64,000 bases of DNA, taken from NCBI RefSeq assembly GCF_036961165.1, contig NZ_JBALVJ010000001.1, forward strand, positions 76,999-140,998, read 5' to 3'. A program made the position numbers and the translations under genes. This document shows positions 18,828 to 29,682 of this stretch, one piece after another. The notes beneath the pieces are model-generated. The model ran no database searches. It saw nothing but the letters and a program-made list of their open reading frames with translations, and was not told the origin of the DNA. The stretch is from Sulfitobacter sp. (GTDB lineage Bacteria; Pseudomonadota; Alphaproteobacteria; Rhodobacterales; Rhodobacteraceae). Position 1 is the stretch's first letter. Every line of letters begins with the position of its first letter.

Positions 18828-18996
18828 GCGCTCATAGAATGCAGGGTCTACACATAGGATCAGGACGGTGCAATTTCCGATAGGTGGAAAAGTATGCAAC
18901 GGTGCGCCCAAACTATCTTTAAATCAGCCTCTTCATCGTTGAGCCGTTGACTGGCTTTGGGCCATGAAGGTGGAAACCTGCTGGAGAACTTGCACC

Positions 18997-20286
18997 ATGC
19001 CCCCCATTTCAGACCATCCGCTGCGCTATGCCTTGACCAGAGAGCTGCACGCGCGGCCTTTTCCCAACGTCGGTGCGCCTCAGGTTGTGGCGTTTCTGGC
19101 GATCAAGCAGGCAGGCGATGCAGCGGCCCGTAGTCGGGACCGTGGCGCGGATATGGAGCATCTGGTCGCCTTGTTGAAGCACTACGGTGCGCCGCTGCCG
19201 GACCCTGATGCCACGCACTATTACGGGGCGATGGGTAAGTTCCATCTAAAGTGGGAGCAGCACACCGAGTTCGTGACCTATACTGTCTTAGGGGATGAAC
19301 TTAGCGCGCGTCCCTTCGATCCGGCAGAGTTTGACGTCTTTCCGGCTCATTGGCTCGATGCAGCGCCCGGCCAACGGCTGACGTCATGTCTTTTACGGTT
19401 GATGCCGGAGCCCGCCGAGCAAGAATATATGCTGGACCAGTTGCGCGAATGGTTTGTGCCAGAAAGCCTTGCCGCCGCGCAGGTGTTGGAGGGGGCAGCA
19501 GTGGTCGCCAGCGACTTTCGCATTGATCCGGCAGGGCACACGCGGTTTGCCGTTTTCGTGCCTGAACAGACAGGCACACGGCGTGTAGGGCGAATCATCC
19601 AGCGCCTGCTAGAGGTCGAGACCTATAAGACCATGTCGATGCTTGGCTTTGCGCTCACGCGCGAGATTGGCGGCAAGGTGGGGCAGTTGGATAGGCAGCT
19701 TAGCGACCTCATGGCCCAGATGAGCGCACAAGAGCTAAAGCCAGAGGCAACGCTGGATGCCCTGTTGGATGTATCGGTTGAGTTGGAGAACGTGGTCGCG
19801 CAAAGCGCATTCCGGTTTGCGGGTACGGCGGCGTATAAGGCGATTGTTGATGAGCGGATCACGGCATTGCGCGAGAGCCGTTTCGCTGGACGGCAGGGGT
19901 TTGGCGAGTTCATGATGCGCCGGTACGAGCCTGCGATGCGGACCGTCATCTCGATGGAGCGGCGTTTGGAGCGAATGTCGGCGCGGGCGCTGCGGGCCTC
20001 TGACCTGTTGCGGACACGGGTGGACGTAGAACGCTCTGCACAAAATCAGGCGATCATGGAGAGCATGGACAAGCGGGCGGATTTACAGCTTCGATTGCAG
20101 CACACGGTAGAGGGTCTGTCGGTGGTCGCGATCAGCTATTACGCGGTCTCTCTGGTGAGCTATCTGCTGTATCCGCTGACGGAAGTGACGGAGCTGTCCA
20201 AGGGGCTTCTGACTGCGGTAGTGACCTTACCAGTTGTGGCGCTGGTTTGGATGGCAGTGCGGCGGCTACGCAAACGTATAGGCTAA
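18997..20286 (+). CDS. DUF3422 family membrane-anchored protein
   Basis: Motifs ELHARPF, WEQHTEF and LLRTRVDV...QLRLQHTVEGLSVVAISYY, plus two C-terminal TM helices. Confidence 0.8.
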   Translation: MPPISDHPLRYALTRELHARPFPNVGAPQVVAFLAIKQAGDAAARSRDRGADMEHLVALLKHYGAPLPDPDATHYYGAMGKFHLKWEQHTEFVTYTVLGDELSARPFDPAEFDVFPAHWLDAAPGQRLTSCLLRLMPEPAEQEYMLDQLREWFVPESLAAAQVLEGAAVVASDFRIDPAGHTRFAVFVPEQTGTRRVGRIIQRLLEVETYKTMSMLGFALTREIGGKVGQLDRQLSDLMAQMSAQELKPEATLDALLDVSVELENVVAQSAFRFAGTAAYKAIVDERITALRESRFAGRQGFGEFMMRRYEPAMRTVISMERRLERMSARALRASDLLRTRVDVERSAQNQAIMESMDKRADLQLRLQHTVEGLSVVAISYYAVSLVSYLLYPLTEVTELSKGLLTAVVTLPVVALVWMAVRRLRKRIG

Positions 20287-20336
20287 GGCGTCTCTTCCTG
20301 CGGTCGGTGTCGGGTGAGGGGAGGGAGGACGGTAAC

Positions 20337-20364
20337 GGGCGCGCAGGAAATGCCATGCGCGCCC
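20337..20364. terminator. Hairpin between convergent genes
   Basis: GGGCGCGCA-N10-TGCGCGCCC. Confidence 0.5.
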
Positions 20365-20370
20365 TGAAGA

Positions 20371-21372
20371 TTAGCGGCCGCGGATGCGTGGATCAAGCGC
20401 GTCGCGCAGGCCATCACCAAGATAGTTCACGCTAAGCACGGTCAGGGAAATCAGGATGCCCGGAAGCATCACGCGCTCTGGGTATTCTTGCATGCGGTTA
20501 ACCGCATCCGACAGAAGCTTACCCCAAGTCGGGAAGTCTGACGGGAAGCCCACGCCAAGGAAGCTAAGCGCTGACTCGGTGATGATGGCAGTCGCGAGGC
20601 CGAGTGTCGCCGACACCATGATGGGTGAGATCACGTTGGGCAGCAGGTGACGCAGAATGATCTTACTGCTGGTCGAGCCTATAGAGCGGGCGGCGAGGAT
20701 GAACTCACGTTCCTTCAGTGCCAGAATGTCACCGCGCACGATACGCGCGGTCTGCATCCAAGAGGTTAGCGCGATCACTGACACGATTAGCACGAACATG
20801 CCGGCCTCGGGGCTGCCAAATAAGCTGGTAAGGGGCTGACGGAACAGTGTCACGGCCAGCAGTACCAGCGGTAGGATCGGGAGCGACAGAACCAGATCGG
20901 TAAAGCGCATCAGCAAAAAGTCGAGACGTTTGAAATAACCTGAAGCTACGCCCACAGCCGTGCCGATCAGGAGCGACAGGATCATCGCCGACCAACCCAC
21001 AGCCATAGATACACGTCCGCCGTAAATCATCTGCGCAAGGATATCGCGGCCCAGCTGGTCGGTGCCGAAAGGATGTGCCCAGCCTGCTTTTGCGTCACCA
21101 TCCCAGAACAGCGTGTAGATCGGACGCCAGTCCTTGTTGCGGATATCAAGCTTGGTCGGGGCGAGGTCCCACAGGTAGGGGCCAAGCAACACGCCAAGTG
21201 TGATGAACAGCAAAAAGCCACCACCGAAGAGCGCGCCTTTGTGCTTTCGGAACTGGTCCCACACATCGCGCCATTGGCTGCGCGGCGGCTGTGACGGCTC
21301 TTTGTCGACGAGCGCACCGTAGATTTCCAGATCGGCTTCGACGGGGCTGGCGGGGATTGCTTGCTCAGTCAT
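20371..21372 (-). CDS. Peptide/nickel-type ABC transporter permease (OppC/DppC-like)
   Basis: Motifs HPFGTDQLGRD, ARIVRG...EREFILAARSIG and ESALSFLG. Confidence 0.93.
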   Translation of the reverse strand: MTEQAIPASPVEADLEIYGALVDKEPSQPPRSQWRDVWDQFRKHKGALFGGGFLLFITLGVLLGPYLWDLAPTKLDIRNKDWRPIYTLFWDGDAKAGWAHPFGTDQLGRDILAQMIYGGRVSMAVGWSAMILSLLIGTAVGVASGYFKRLDFLLMRFTDLVLSLPILPLVLLAVTLFRQPLTSLFGSPEAGMFVLIVSVIALTSWMQTARIVRGDILALKEREFILAARSIGSTSSKIILRHLLPNVISPIMVSATLGLATAIITESALSFLGVGFPSDFPTWGKLLSDAVNRMQEYPERVMLPGILISLTVLSVNYLGDGLRDALDPRIRGR

Positions 21373-22435
21373 AGCGGATCCTTGGGTCAAGCACGCCGTA
21401 GAGGATGTCGGCGATGAGGTTGAACAGAACGATGAGGATGGCGAAGATGAACGTGAGTGTCATCACCATAGGCAGGTCGTTTGCAAAAAGTGCAGTGAGC
21501 AAAAGCTGACCGATGCCGTTCACCTTGAAGACGTTTTCAGTGATGATCGCACCGCCAAAGATCGCGGGCATGCCCAAGGCGATGATGGTCACAACGGGGA
21601 TCATCGAGTTGCGCAGCACGTGCACCATGACCACCACGCTCTCGCTCAGCCCTTTGGCGCGGGCAGTGCGCACATAGTCCTGATTGAGATTGTCGAGCAT
21701 GGCAGAGCGCATGTAGCGGCTGATCTGTGCGGTGGTTTGCAGGGCAAGCACCATCACTGGCATTATCATCTGCAAGAACTGCATTTTGAAGGTTGCCCAG
21801 CTGTCGACCACCAATGTGGTGTCATAGATAGACGGCAGCCAGCCCAGTGTGACAGAGAAAATCACAATCAGCAGGGGGCCGGTAAAGAAGGGCGGGATCG
21901 AAAAACCGACCATGGTGATGAATGTACCGGCCTGATCGAAAAGTGAATAGTGGCGGTAGGCGGAGTAGATGCCGATCGGGATCGCAATCAGGATGCCGAC
22001 GACATAGCTCAGGCCAACAACCCACAGGGTCTGCGGCATGCGCTGGATCACGATGTCCATGACCGGGCTGCGGGTCTGCCAGCTGATGACGCGCTGTGTC
22101 TCGACCATGGTACCGGTGGCGGCGTCCATTGTCATGCTCAGCTGCGAATCGGGCAGCCAGCCGAACAAGAAACTATCGCGGGTAAGGAAATCGATGAAGA
22201 CAGATGGTTCGACCACAAAGAACTGGTAGAGCCATTTGATGTATTGCACATGCACTGGCGCACCAAGGCCCAGTGCTTCGCGCATTTTCTGCTTCACTTC
22301 CGGCGGCACGGTAAGCGGGACCTGCGCCATAGGGTCTCCGGGGGCCAGCTGGAGAAGCATGAATATCACGAGGCTGATGAATAAAAGCGTCGGAATAGAG
22401 AGAAGCAGTCGTCGGATGGTGAAATTCAGCATCAA
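21365..22435 (-). CDS. Peptide/nickel-type ABC transporter permease (OppB/DppB-like)
   Basis: Motifs APGDP, DYVRTARAKGLSE, VLRNS and GAIITENVF. Confidence 0.93.
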   Translation of the reverse strand: MMLNFTIRRLLLSIPTLLFISLVIFMLLQLAPGDPMAQVPLTVPPEVKQKMREALGLGAPVHVQYIKWLYQFFVVEPSVFIDFLTRDSFLFGWLPDSQLSMTMDAATGTMVETQRVISWQTRSPVMDIVIQRMPQTLWVVGLSYVVGILIAIPIGIYSAYRHYSLFDQAGTFITMVGFSIPPFFTGPLLIVIFSVTLGWLPSIYDTTLVVDSWATFKMQFLQMIMPVMVLALQTTAQISRYMRSAMLDNLNQDYVRTARAKGLSESVVVMVHVLRNSMIPVVTIIALGMPAIFGGAIITENVFKVNGIGQLLLTALFANDLPMVMTLTFIFAILIVLFNLIADILYGVLDPRIRYD

Positions 22436-22472
22436 GCGGCGCCTTTATTTATCAGTCTGTTGGTGGAAGTAG

Positions 22473-22527
22473 GGCGAGGTCTCCCCCGCCCCGTAAAGCT
22501 TAACGGTAGGGCGGGGAAGACCCCGCC
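22473..22527 (-). repeat. Long intergenic stem-loop between the binding-protein and permease genes
   Basis: About 19-bp imperfect inverted repeat; on the minus strand GGCGGGGTCTTCCCCGCCC...GGGCGGGGGAGACCTCGCC. Confidence 0.6.
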
Positions 22528-22537
22528 ACAACTGTTA

Positions 22538-24256
22538 TTACTTTTTGCGATACCAATCTGCGACATTCCACAGTTCGGAGTCCCAAACATTAAGCACAAC
22601 GCCACCAAGAGTGGTCGAAGCGGCAGATACGCGGCCACGGTCAACCAGTGGGAGCATGGACATGCTTTCTTTTGTCAGCATGTCGTTCAGCTTTTTGGCG
22701 ATTTCACCGCGCTTCTCAAGCTCACCTGTCTGCGCCATCTCGTCGAGAAGGGCGTCATAGGCTGGATCGCAGAAGCGGTTGATGTTTTCACCCTGCCACT
22801 GTGAGGATGGCTTTGGCTCACCGCCACAGCGACGCTGGGCAAGGTAGGCTTCAGGATCTGTGCCATCGAAGTTGTTGGCATACATTTCCACGTCCGCATA
22901 GAACTTCTGGAACGTGTCAGGCGAACCTGGGTCACCACCGAAGAATACGGAACCGTCGAGGTTACGCAGTTCGGTTTCAACACCGATTTGCTCCCACCAG
23001 TCTTTGATCAGGGCTTGGAAATCCTGACGTACGGCGTTGGTGGATGTCTGGTAGAGGATAGCCAGTTTCACGCCATCTTTGTCGCGGATGCCGTCGCCGT
23101 CGCTGTCGGTCCAGCCTGCTTCGTCCAGTAGTGCTTTTGCGCCTTCGATGTCCTGTGTCAGACACTCTGTGTTTTCGGACGCATAGAGCGCAGGTGCAGG
23201 AACGATGTTACAGGTCGGACGACCAGCCTGGCCGTAGCCTACTTCGGTCAGCAGTGTGCGGTCGATTGCCATAGACAGGGCTGTACGCACTTTGATGTCA
23301 GACAGGAACGGGTGTGGTTCTGCGACGGTTGCGCGTGTCTCTGGTGGCAGATCTGGTGACGGGTTTGTCAAGTTCAGCTCAAGACGCTCAACAAGTGTAC
23401 CAAAAGCAGAGATTGGCAGACCTTTGCCGCCCTCGGCCATTTTGGCCAGTACGTCGGGAGCCAGCTGCATGTTCCAAGCGTAGTCGTACTCGCCTGTTTC
23501 CATAACCGCACGACCGGCAGCAGCCGCGTCGCCGCCGCCTTTGAAGGTCAGCGTTGCGAAGGCAGGCTTGCCTTCTTCACGGTAGTTCTCGTTTGCGACC
23601 ATCTGGATTACGTCATTTGGACGGAAATCCGTGACAACAAACGGGCCAGTGCCGATCGGGTTGAAGTTCGCTTCGGTGCACTCGGGCGCTTTGGCACCAA
23701 GGCACTCTGCGAATTGTGCGGCCTGAATGATAGGCGACTGTGCGCCCATGAACGGACCGTATGGGTTTGGCTTTGGCTCGGTGAAGTTCACCGTGATCGT
23801 CAGATCGTCGATCACTTCCATAGAGTCCACGCCGTCAAACTTCGACGCCTGCGCGCAACCGCCTTCAGGGTGCATGCAATACTCGGCTGTGAATTTGACG
23901 TCGGCTGTGGTCAATGGTGAGCCGTCGGACCACAGAAGGCCCTCTTTCAGCTTCCAAGTGATGGATTTGAGGTCTGCGCTTACGCCGCCATTTTCGACAG
24001 TCGGAATTTCAGCTGCAAGGTAAGGTACCAGCGCGCCGTTTTCGTCGTAACGGCCAAGCGGTTCAATCACCAGCGAGGAAGATTCGAGATCTTTGGTGCC
24101 GCCTGAGAGGTATGGGTTCAGGATTGAGGGCGCCTGCCAATAAATGATTTTCACATCACCGTCGCGACCGCGTTCACCTTGATGGCCATCCGCGAATGCG
24201 ACGGGGGCAAATGCGCTCGTCGCAATCGCACCCATCAAAAGGGTTTTCATATTCAT
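22538..24256 (-). CDS. Peptide ABC transporter substrate-binding protein (family 5)
   Basis: Signal peptide MNMKTLLMGAIA...AFA, PIGTGPF motif, GGAG ribosome-binding site. Confidence 0.93.
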   Translation of the reverse strand: MNMKTLLMGAIATSAFAPVAFADGHQGERGRDGDVKIIYWQAPSILNPYLSGGTKDLESSSLVIEPLGRYDENGALVPYLAAEIPTVENGGVSADLKSITWKLKEGLLWSDGSPLTTADVKFTAEYCMHPEGGCAQASKFDGVDSMEVIDDLTITVNFTEPKPNPYGPFMGAQSPIIQAAQFAECLGAKAPECTEANFNPIGTGPFVVTDFRPNDVIQMVANENYREEGKPAFATLTFKGGGDAAAAGRAVMETGEYDYAWNMQLAPDVLAKMAEGGKGLPISAFGTLVERLELNLTNPSPDLPPETRATVAEPHPFLSDIKVRTALSMAIDRTLLTEVGYGQAGRPTCNIVPAPALYASENTECLTQDIEGAKALLDEAGWTDSDGDGIRDKDGVKLAILYQTSTNAVRQDFQALIKDWWEQIGVETELRNLDGSVFFGGDPGSPDTFQKFYADVEMYANNFDGTDPEAYLAQRRCGGEPKPSSQWQGENINRFCDPAYDALLDEMAQTGELEKRGEIAKKLNDMLTKESMSMLPLVDRGRVSAASTTLGGVVLNVWDSELWNVADWYRKK

Positions 24257-24606
24257 ATCGTACTCCATGTTGCACACAGATAAACTGTGCCTATATCGCC
24301 CCGCTATCGGGGACGTACCTTATTGTTCTCGGAGGGGCTTAATTACGCATGGTAAGCTTGTGTAAGGACAACACAATTTCACCTTTCGTTTGCAGCAACC
24401 CCCAGAGCGCGTAGCCGGATTGAAACAGAAAGTGAAGAAATTGCAAGCGTTCTGCCTGCGGTCCGTTGATGAAAATGTAGGAGGCTTTAATTTTTTTCCC
24501 AACTGCCACTTCAGAATGCACCCAGAGCGTTTGACCTGCCTTGAGCTTACGCATAGCGTGTGCGCTAACGCCCGGTGCTGCGCGGGGGAGAATTGAAAGG
24601 AACGAC

Positions 24607-26439
24607 ATGCTAGACCATTCTCACAAGGCGCCAATTGCGCGGATTGAAGGCCTTCGTGTGGAGTTCCAGACCAAGGATGGTCCGGTTGTAGGCGTGGAAG
24701 ACGTCTCTTTTGACATCCATCCGGGTGAGACTGTCTGCGTTGTTGGGGAATCAGGGTCTGGTAAATCGGTTTCCTCTTTGTCGCTGATGCGCTTGGTGGA
24801 ATTCGGCGGAGGAGAAATCGCGGCCGGTAAGCTGATGTTTGACCGCGGTGATGCGGGCGAGATCGATCTGGTCACTACCAAACAAGAGAACATGCGCAGG
24901 ATACGCGGCAATGAGATAGGAATGATATTTCAGGAGCCGATGACCGCGTTGAATCCCGTCTTTACTGTCGGAAAGCAGCTGACCGAGGGGCTGCGTCTGC
25001 ACAAGGGCATGACCAAGGCTGAGGCTGAGGCGCGCGCACTGGAGCTGATGAAGCAGGTGCGTATCCCCGAAGCTGAAAAACGTCTCGACCAATATCCTCA
25101 TGAGTTGTCGGGCGGTATGCGCCAGCGCGTTGTGATCGCGATGGCGCTGGCGTGCGAGCCGCGCCTGCTGATCGCGGATGAGCCGACAACTGCTCTCGAC
25201 GTGACCATTCAGGCGGAAATTCTGGCGCTGATGGACCGGCTTAAGCGTGAGACCGGCACGGCCGTTATGTTCATCACGCACGACATGGCTGTGGTGGCGC
25301 AGATGGCTGACCGCGTGGTCGTCATGTTCCGTGGCAACAAGGTTGAAGAGGGCACCGTCGAGGAAATATTCGAAAATCCCCAGCACCCTTACACCAAGGC
25401 TCTGCTCGCGGCTGTGCCGAAGCTGGGTGAGATGACCGGCAAGGATTATCCTGAGCCGATGAAGCTGTTGGGCAATGAGGACAAGCCGATTGTCCCGATC
25501 AAAGGCACCGATGAGGTCCTGCTAACGGTCAAGAACCTGACCACGCGCTTTCCGGTGACGGGCGGCCTGCTGCGCCGCACCGTGGCGAATGTGCACGCGG
25601 TCGAGGACCTGTCGTTCACGATCAATAAAGGCCAGACGCTTAGCCTTGTCGGTGAAAGCGGCTGCGGTAAGTCCACGGCAGGTCGCTCGATCCTGCGGCT
25701 GGTTGAGCCGATGTCGGGTGAGGTCAATCTGGGCGGCAAGGATATCATGGCGCTCAATTCCAAGGATTTGCGGACTGCACGTCTTGATATGCAGATGATT
25801 TTTCAGGACCCGTTTGCCTCGCTCAATCCCCAAATGGGGTTGGCGGATCAGGTGGCAGAGCCGATCCATAACTATGGCTTGATGAAGGGTGCTGATGTCA
25901 CGAAGTGGGTCGAGACCCTGTTCGACCGCGTAGAACTGCCGCGCAGTTTCATGCGCCGCTTTCCGCATGAGCTTTCGGGCGGACAGCGCCAGCGTGTCGC
26001 GATCGCGCGCGCCCTAGCACTGAAACCCAAGCTCATCATCTCGGATGAGGCGGTGTCGGCGCTGGACGTATCTGTACAGGCGCAGGTGCTGAACCTGATG
26101 ATGGAATTGCAGGAAGAGATGGAGCTTTCCTATCTCTTTATCTCCCACGACATGGCTGTGGTTGAACGGGTAAGCCATTATGTAGGCGTCATGTATCTGG
26201 GCCGCATCGTTGAGCTGGGTCCGCGCCGCGAGGTTTTCGAGAACCCGCAGCACCCTTATACTCAAGCGTTGATGAAGGCGGTGCCGATTGCCGATCCGCG
26301 CAAGCGCAAAGCCGAAAAAGACCTGAACTTCAAACCGATTCCATCCCCGATCCACCCCGCTAGCTACACGGCAGAGCCGAGCATTTACCGCGATGTGGGT
26401 AAGGGACATAAGGTCCTGATAACTGACAGCGGCTATTGA
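24607..26439 (+). CDS. Peptide ABC transporter ATP-binding protein with two fused ATPase domains
   Basis: Two Walker A motifs ([16 protein letters not shown]) and two signature motifs ([16 protein letters not shown]). Confidence 0.95.
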   Translation: MLDHSHKAPIARIEGLRVEFQTKDGPVVGVEDVSFDIHPGETVCVVGESGSGKSVSSLSLMRLVEFGGGEIAAGKLMFDRGDAGEIDLVTTKQENMRRIRGNEIGMIFQEPMTALNPVFTVGKQLTEGLRLHKGMTKAEAEARALELMKQVRIPEAEKRLDQYPHELSGGMRQRVVIAMALACEPRLLIADEPTTALDVTIQAEILALMDRLKRETGTAVMFITHDMAVVAQMADRVVVMFRGNKVEEGTVEEIFENPQHPYTKALLAAVPKLGEMTGKDYPEPMKLLGNEDKPIVPIKGTDEVLLTVKNLTTRFPVTGGLLRRTVANVHAVEDLSFTINKGQTLSLVGESGCGKSTAGRSILRLVEPMSGEVNLGGKDIMALNSKDLRTARLDMQMIFQDPFASLNPQMGLADQVAEPIHNYGLMKGADVTKWVETLFDRVELPRSFMRRFPHELSGGQRQRVAIARALALKPKLIISDEAVSALDVSVQAQVLNLMMELQEEMELSYLFISHDMAVVERVSHYVGVMYLGRIVELGPRREVFENPQHPYTQALMKAVPIADPRKRKAEKDLNFKPIPSPIHPASYTAEPSIYRDVGKGHKVLITDSGY

Positions 26440-26441
26440 AA

Positions 26442-27152
26442 ATGACAGCACGCGTCGCCCCGAAGGTCGCTCTTGTGACGGGCGCGGCGCGTGGGATCGG
26501 GCAGGCGATTGCGACATCGCTGAGTGAGGATCATGCGGTAGCAATCACGCATTTGACGACAGCGCCCAACAGTTTGCCCGATGGTGCTTTGGTGGTAGAG
26601 GCCGATTTGACCGATCCGCAGAGTTACAGCCGCGTGGTTGATGCCGTCCTCGCAGAGTTTGGCCGCCTTGATGTGATTGTAAACAACGCGGGGAACATCG
26701 CAGGTTCCCCTGTAGACAGTTTTGATCAGGACGCTTTGCGCGATATTTTTGACGAGAATGTGTTGGCTCCGGCTGGACTGCTCGCTGCGGCCTTGCCGCA
26801 TCTGGAGCGTGGGGCATCGGTGATCGGGATTTCGTCGGTCAATGCGGTGCTGCCGCCTAAAGGGGCTGCCCTATATGGTGCCAGCAAAGCGGCGCTTGAT
26901 CTGTGGACGCGCGCAATGGCAAAGGAACTGGGGCCGCGCGGCATCCGTGTCAACGCCGTGGCTCCGGGGGCCGTGAACATCCCGCAAGCGCCTCGTGATG
27001 CGGCGCTGACCCAAGCATTCGTCGAGATGACGGCCCTTGGGCGTTTGGCAGAGCCATCAGACATTGCAGACGCCGTTTGTTTTCTGGCAAGTGACAGAGC
27101 ACGCGCTATCACGGGTGAAGTGCTAACCGTTTCAGGAGGATACCGATTGTGA
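26442..27152 (+). CDS. SDR family oxidoreductase (alternative TTG start at 26436)
   Basis: Motifs TGAARGIG, VNNAG and YGASK. Confidence 0.9.
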   Translation: MTARVAPKVALVTGAARGIGQAIATSLSEDHAVAITHLTTAPNSLPDGALVVEADLTDPQSYSRVVDAVLAEFGRLDVIVNNAGNIAGSPVDSFDQDALRDIFDENVLAPAGLLAAALPHLERGASVIGISSVNAVLPPKGAALYGASKAALDLWTRAMAKELGPRGIRVNAVAPGAVNIPQAPRDAALTQAFVEMTALGRLAEPSDIADAVCFLASDRARAITGEVLTVSGGYRL

Positions 27153-28312
27153 CCAACCGAATGACCCCGCTTGAGCTGATGACGAAGCTCATCAGTTTTC
27201 CAACCGTGTCGCGTGACACGAATATTCCCCTGATTGATTGGGTAGAAGAATACCTGTCGGGGCATGGCATCACGTCGCACCGCTACATCGATCCCGACCA
27301 GCCTAAACATGCACTATTTGCCCATGTCGGCCCCGAGGTCGAGGGCGCAATCGTGCTATCGGGTCACACCGATGTGGTGCCGATTGACGGTCAACCGTGG
27401 GATACCGACCCGTTTAGTGTCGTAGAAAAAGACGGCAAATATTACGGTCGCGGCACCTGTGACATGAAGGGCTTTGACGGGTTGGCCATTTGGGCGCTGG
27501 TCGAGGCGCATTACGCAGGAGTCAAACGCCCGTTGCAAATCGCACTCAGCTTTGACGAAGAGATCGGCTGCACCGGCGCGCCGCCGATGATTCAGGCGAT
27601 GCAAGGCGTGGTGCCCAAGGGCAGCGCCGTCATCGTGGGTGAACCTTCCAGCATGCAGGCCGTCACCGGACACAAAGGTGGCTCTGGCTTCAACACCCAT
27701 GTGGTGGGCTTCGAGGTACATTCGTCTTTGCTGCACACTGGCGTGAATGCGATCATGGCAGGGGCCAAATTGATTGAATGGGCGAATGAGCAGAACACAG
27801 CCAACATGGAGGCCAAGCCGTCCGAGCTGGCCGCGATGTTCGACCCGCCGTTCACCACCGTGCACGTTGGCATGATCTCGGGCGGGACAGCGCATAACAT
27901 TACTGCCAAAGACTGTCATTTCGCCATGGATTTCCGCGTTGTTCCCGGTGAGGACAAGGAAAAGTGGGAGATCGACTATCTCAAGAAAGTGCGCGAGGTC
28001 GAGGAAGCGATGCAGGCTGTCGTACCAGAGACGCGGATCGAGATCACGCCGCGCTTTGATGTGCCAGGCCTGGAACCCGAAGAGGACGGCGAGGCCGAGA
28101 CTCTGGTGCGCCAGATCACCGGTGATAACGCCAGCCACAAGGTCAGCTATGGCACGGAGGCGGGCCAGTTTCAGGAAGCAGGCTATAGCGCGGTGATCTG
28201 CGGGCCAGGTGACATCGCCCAAGCACACCAGCCGAACGAGTTTATCGAGATCGCCCAATTCGACGCGGGCCATGATTTCATGCGCAAACTGGTCGAACGG
28301 CTTTGTCAGTAA
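27149..28312 (+). CDS. argE: Acetylornithine deacetylase family (M20A)
   Basis: Motifs SGHTDVVP, GRGTCDMKG, DEEIGC, TEAG and AHQPNE. Confidence 0.85.
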   Translation: MTNRMTPLELMTKLISFPTVSRDTNIPLIDWVEEYLSGHGITSHRYIDPDQPKHALFAHVGPEVEGAIVLSGHTDVVPIDGQPWDTDPFSVVEKDGKYYGRGTCDMKGFDGLAIWALVEAHYAGVKRPLQIALSFDEEIGCTGAPPMIQAMQGVVPKGSAVIVGEPSSMQAVTGHKGGSGFNTHVVGFEVHSSLLHTGVNAIMAGAKLIEWANEQNTANMEAKPSELAAMFDPPFTTVHVGMISGGTAHNITAKDCHFAMDFRVVPGEDKEKWEIDYLKKVREVEEAMQAVVPETRIEITPRFDVPGLEPEEDGEAETLVRQITGDNASHKVSYGTEAGQFQEAGYSAVICGPGDIAQAHQPNEFIEIAQFDAGHDFMRKLVERLCQ

Positions 28313-29655
28313 AGCACGGCTTTCCAATCACATTGTCGCAGGCACCACGCCATATCGGCGCTTTGCCTGAGGCCGTTGATCTGGTGGTTATTGGTGGCGG
28401 TATCATTGGTATCTGTACGGCGCTTTATGCGGCGCGTGCAAGTGCCAAGGTTGTCGTACTGGAAAAAGGTCTGGTCGCGGCAGAGCAATCGAGCCGCAAT
28501 TGGGGGTGGATTCGCCAGCAGGGCCGCGATCCGGCAGAGATGCCCATCATGGCTGAAGCGCAAAGATTGTGGGAAGACCTCTCTAGTGAGACCAACCAGC
28601 AGATCGGGCTGACACAGGCCGGTGTGACCTATCTGGGTTATAATGCTGCTGCGATGGCGCGCTATGAAAAATGGCTGCCTCATGCAACCGCCAACGGGGT
28701 CAACAGCCGCATACTGAGCAAGGCGGAGGTTGCGCAGCTTTACCCCGGTTTGACGGACCAACCCTTGGGCGCTCTGCATACAGCATCCGACTACCGTGCA
28801 GAGCCGTGGGTCGCCGTGTCTGTCGTGGCCGACATTGCTGTGCGCGAGGGTGTGCAGATTATCGAACACTGTGCCGTGCGCTGTCTGGACATCACGGGTG
28901 GCAAAGTTGCAGGGGTCGTGACGGAAAAGGGCCGCGTGGCGGCGCCGCGGGTGGTATTGGCGGGGGGCGCGTGGTCGTCCTTGTTCTTGCGCAACCACGG
29001 GGTTGCTTTGCCTCAACTTTCTGTCCGCTCGCAAGTCGCCTCAACAGAGCCATTGCCGGATGTGGGGCAGTCTGCCTGCTCGTCCCAGCGGCTGGCGTTC
29101 CGCCGTCGCGCCGACGGGGGCTATTCGCTGGCGCCCAACATGACGTCAGAGCTGTTTGTCGGGCCAGACGCCTTCCGCGCGCTGCCTAAATTCTTAGCAC
29201 AACTGCGCAGCGACCCGTTTGGCTGTCGGCTCAAACCCGCAGCCCCGCACGGATTTCCCGATGCATGGAACACAAAGCGACGTTGGAGCGGCGAGGACGA
29301 GACCCCGTTCGAGCGGATGCGCATCCTTGACCCCAAACCTGTACCACGCATCATCGCCAAGCTTGCGCGCGATTTTGGGGATATGTTCCCGCTGCTGGGC
29401 ACCGTCAGGATAAAGACGGCGTGGGCAGGGATGATCGACACCATGCCGGACATTGTGCCGGTGGTGGATTACACGCCCATCGACGGCCTGATCGTTGGCA
29501 CAGGGATGAGTGGTCATGGCTTTGGTATCGGGCCTGCAATGGGCCGTATCCTTGCCGATCTGGCGATGGATCGCCCAGCAGGCCACAACATGACCCGCTT
29601 TCGTTTCGCCCGCTTCAGCGATGGTACCCCAATGGTGCCGGGGCCTGACGTTTAA
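28303..29655 (+). CDS. FAD-dependent oxidoreductase, D-amino-acid oxidase (DAO) family
   Basis: Motifs VIGGGIIG, QSSRNWGWIRQQGRD and GMSGHGFGIGP. Confidence 0.85.
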   Translation: MSVKHGFPITLSQAPRHIGALPEAVDLVVIGGGIIGICTALYAARASAKVVVLEKGLVAAEQSSRNWGWIRQQGRDPAEMPIMAEAQRLWEDLSSETNQQIGLTQAGVTYLGYNAAAMARYEKWLPHATANGVNSRILSKAEVAQLYPGLTDQPLGALHTASDYRAEPWVAVSVVADIAVREGVQIIEHCAVRCLDITGGKVAGVVTEKGRVAAPRVVLAGGAWSSLFLRNHGVALPQLSVRSQVASTEPLPDVGQSACSSQRLAFRRRADGGYSLAPNMTSELFVGPDAFRALPKFLAQLRSDPFGCRLKPAAPHGFPDAWNTKRRWSGEDETPFERMRILDPKPVPRIIAKLARDFGDMFPLLGTVRIKTAWAGMIDTMPDIVPVVDYTPIDGLIVGTGMSGHGFGIGPAMGRILADLAMDRPAGHNMTRFRFARFSDGTPMVPGPDV

Positions 29656-29682
29656 GATGTTTTTCAACAAGGAACTATAACC

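Noticed and set aside
24270-24296. TTG-N18-CTATAT resembles an RpoH or sigma70 promoter facing the ABC ATPase
   Set aside because: It lies about 310 nt from the ATG, is ambiguous between sigma factors and abuts the ribosome-binding region of the opposite gene; it cannot be supported without start-site data.
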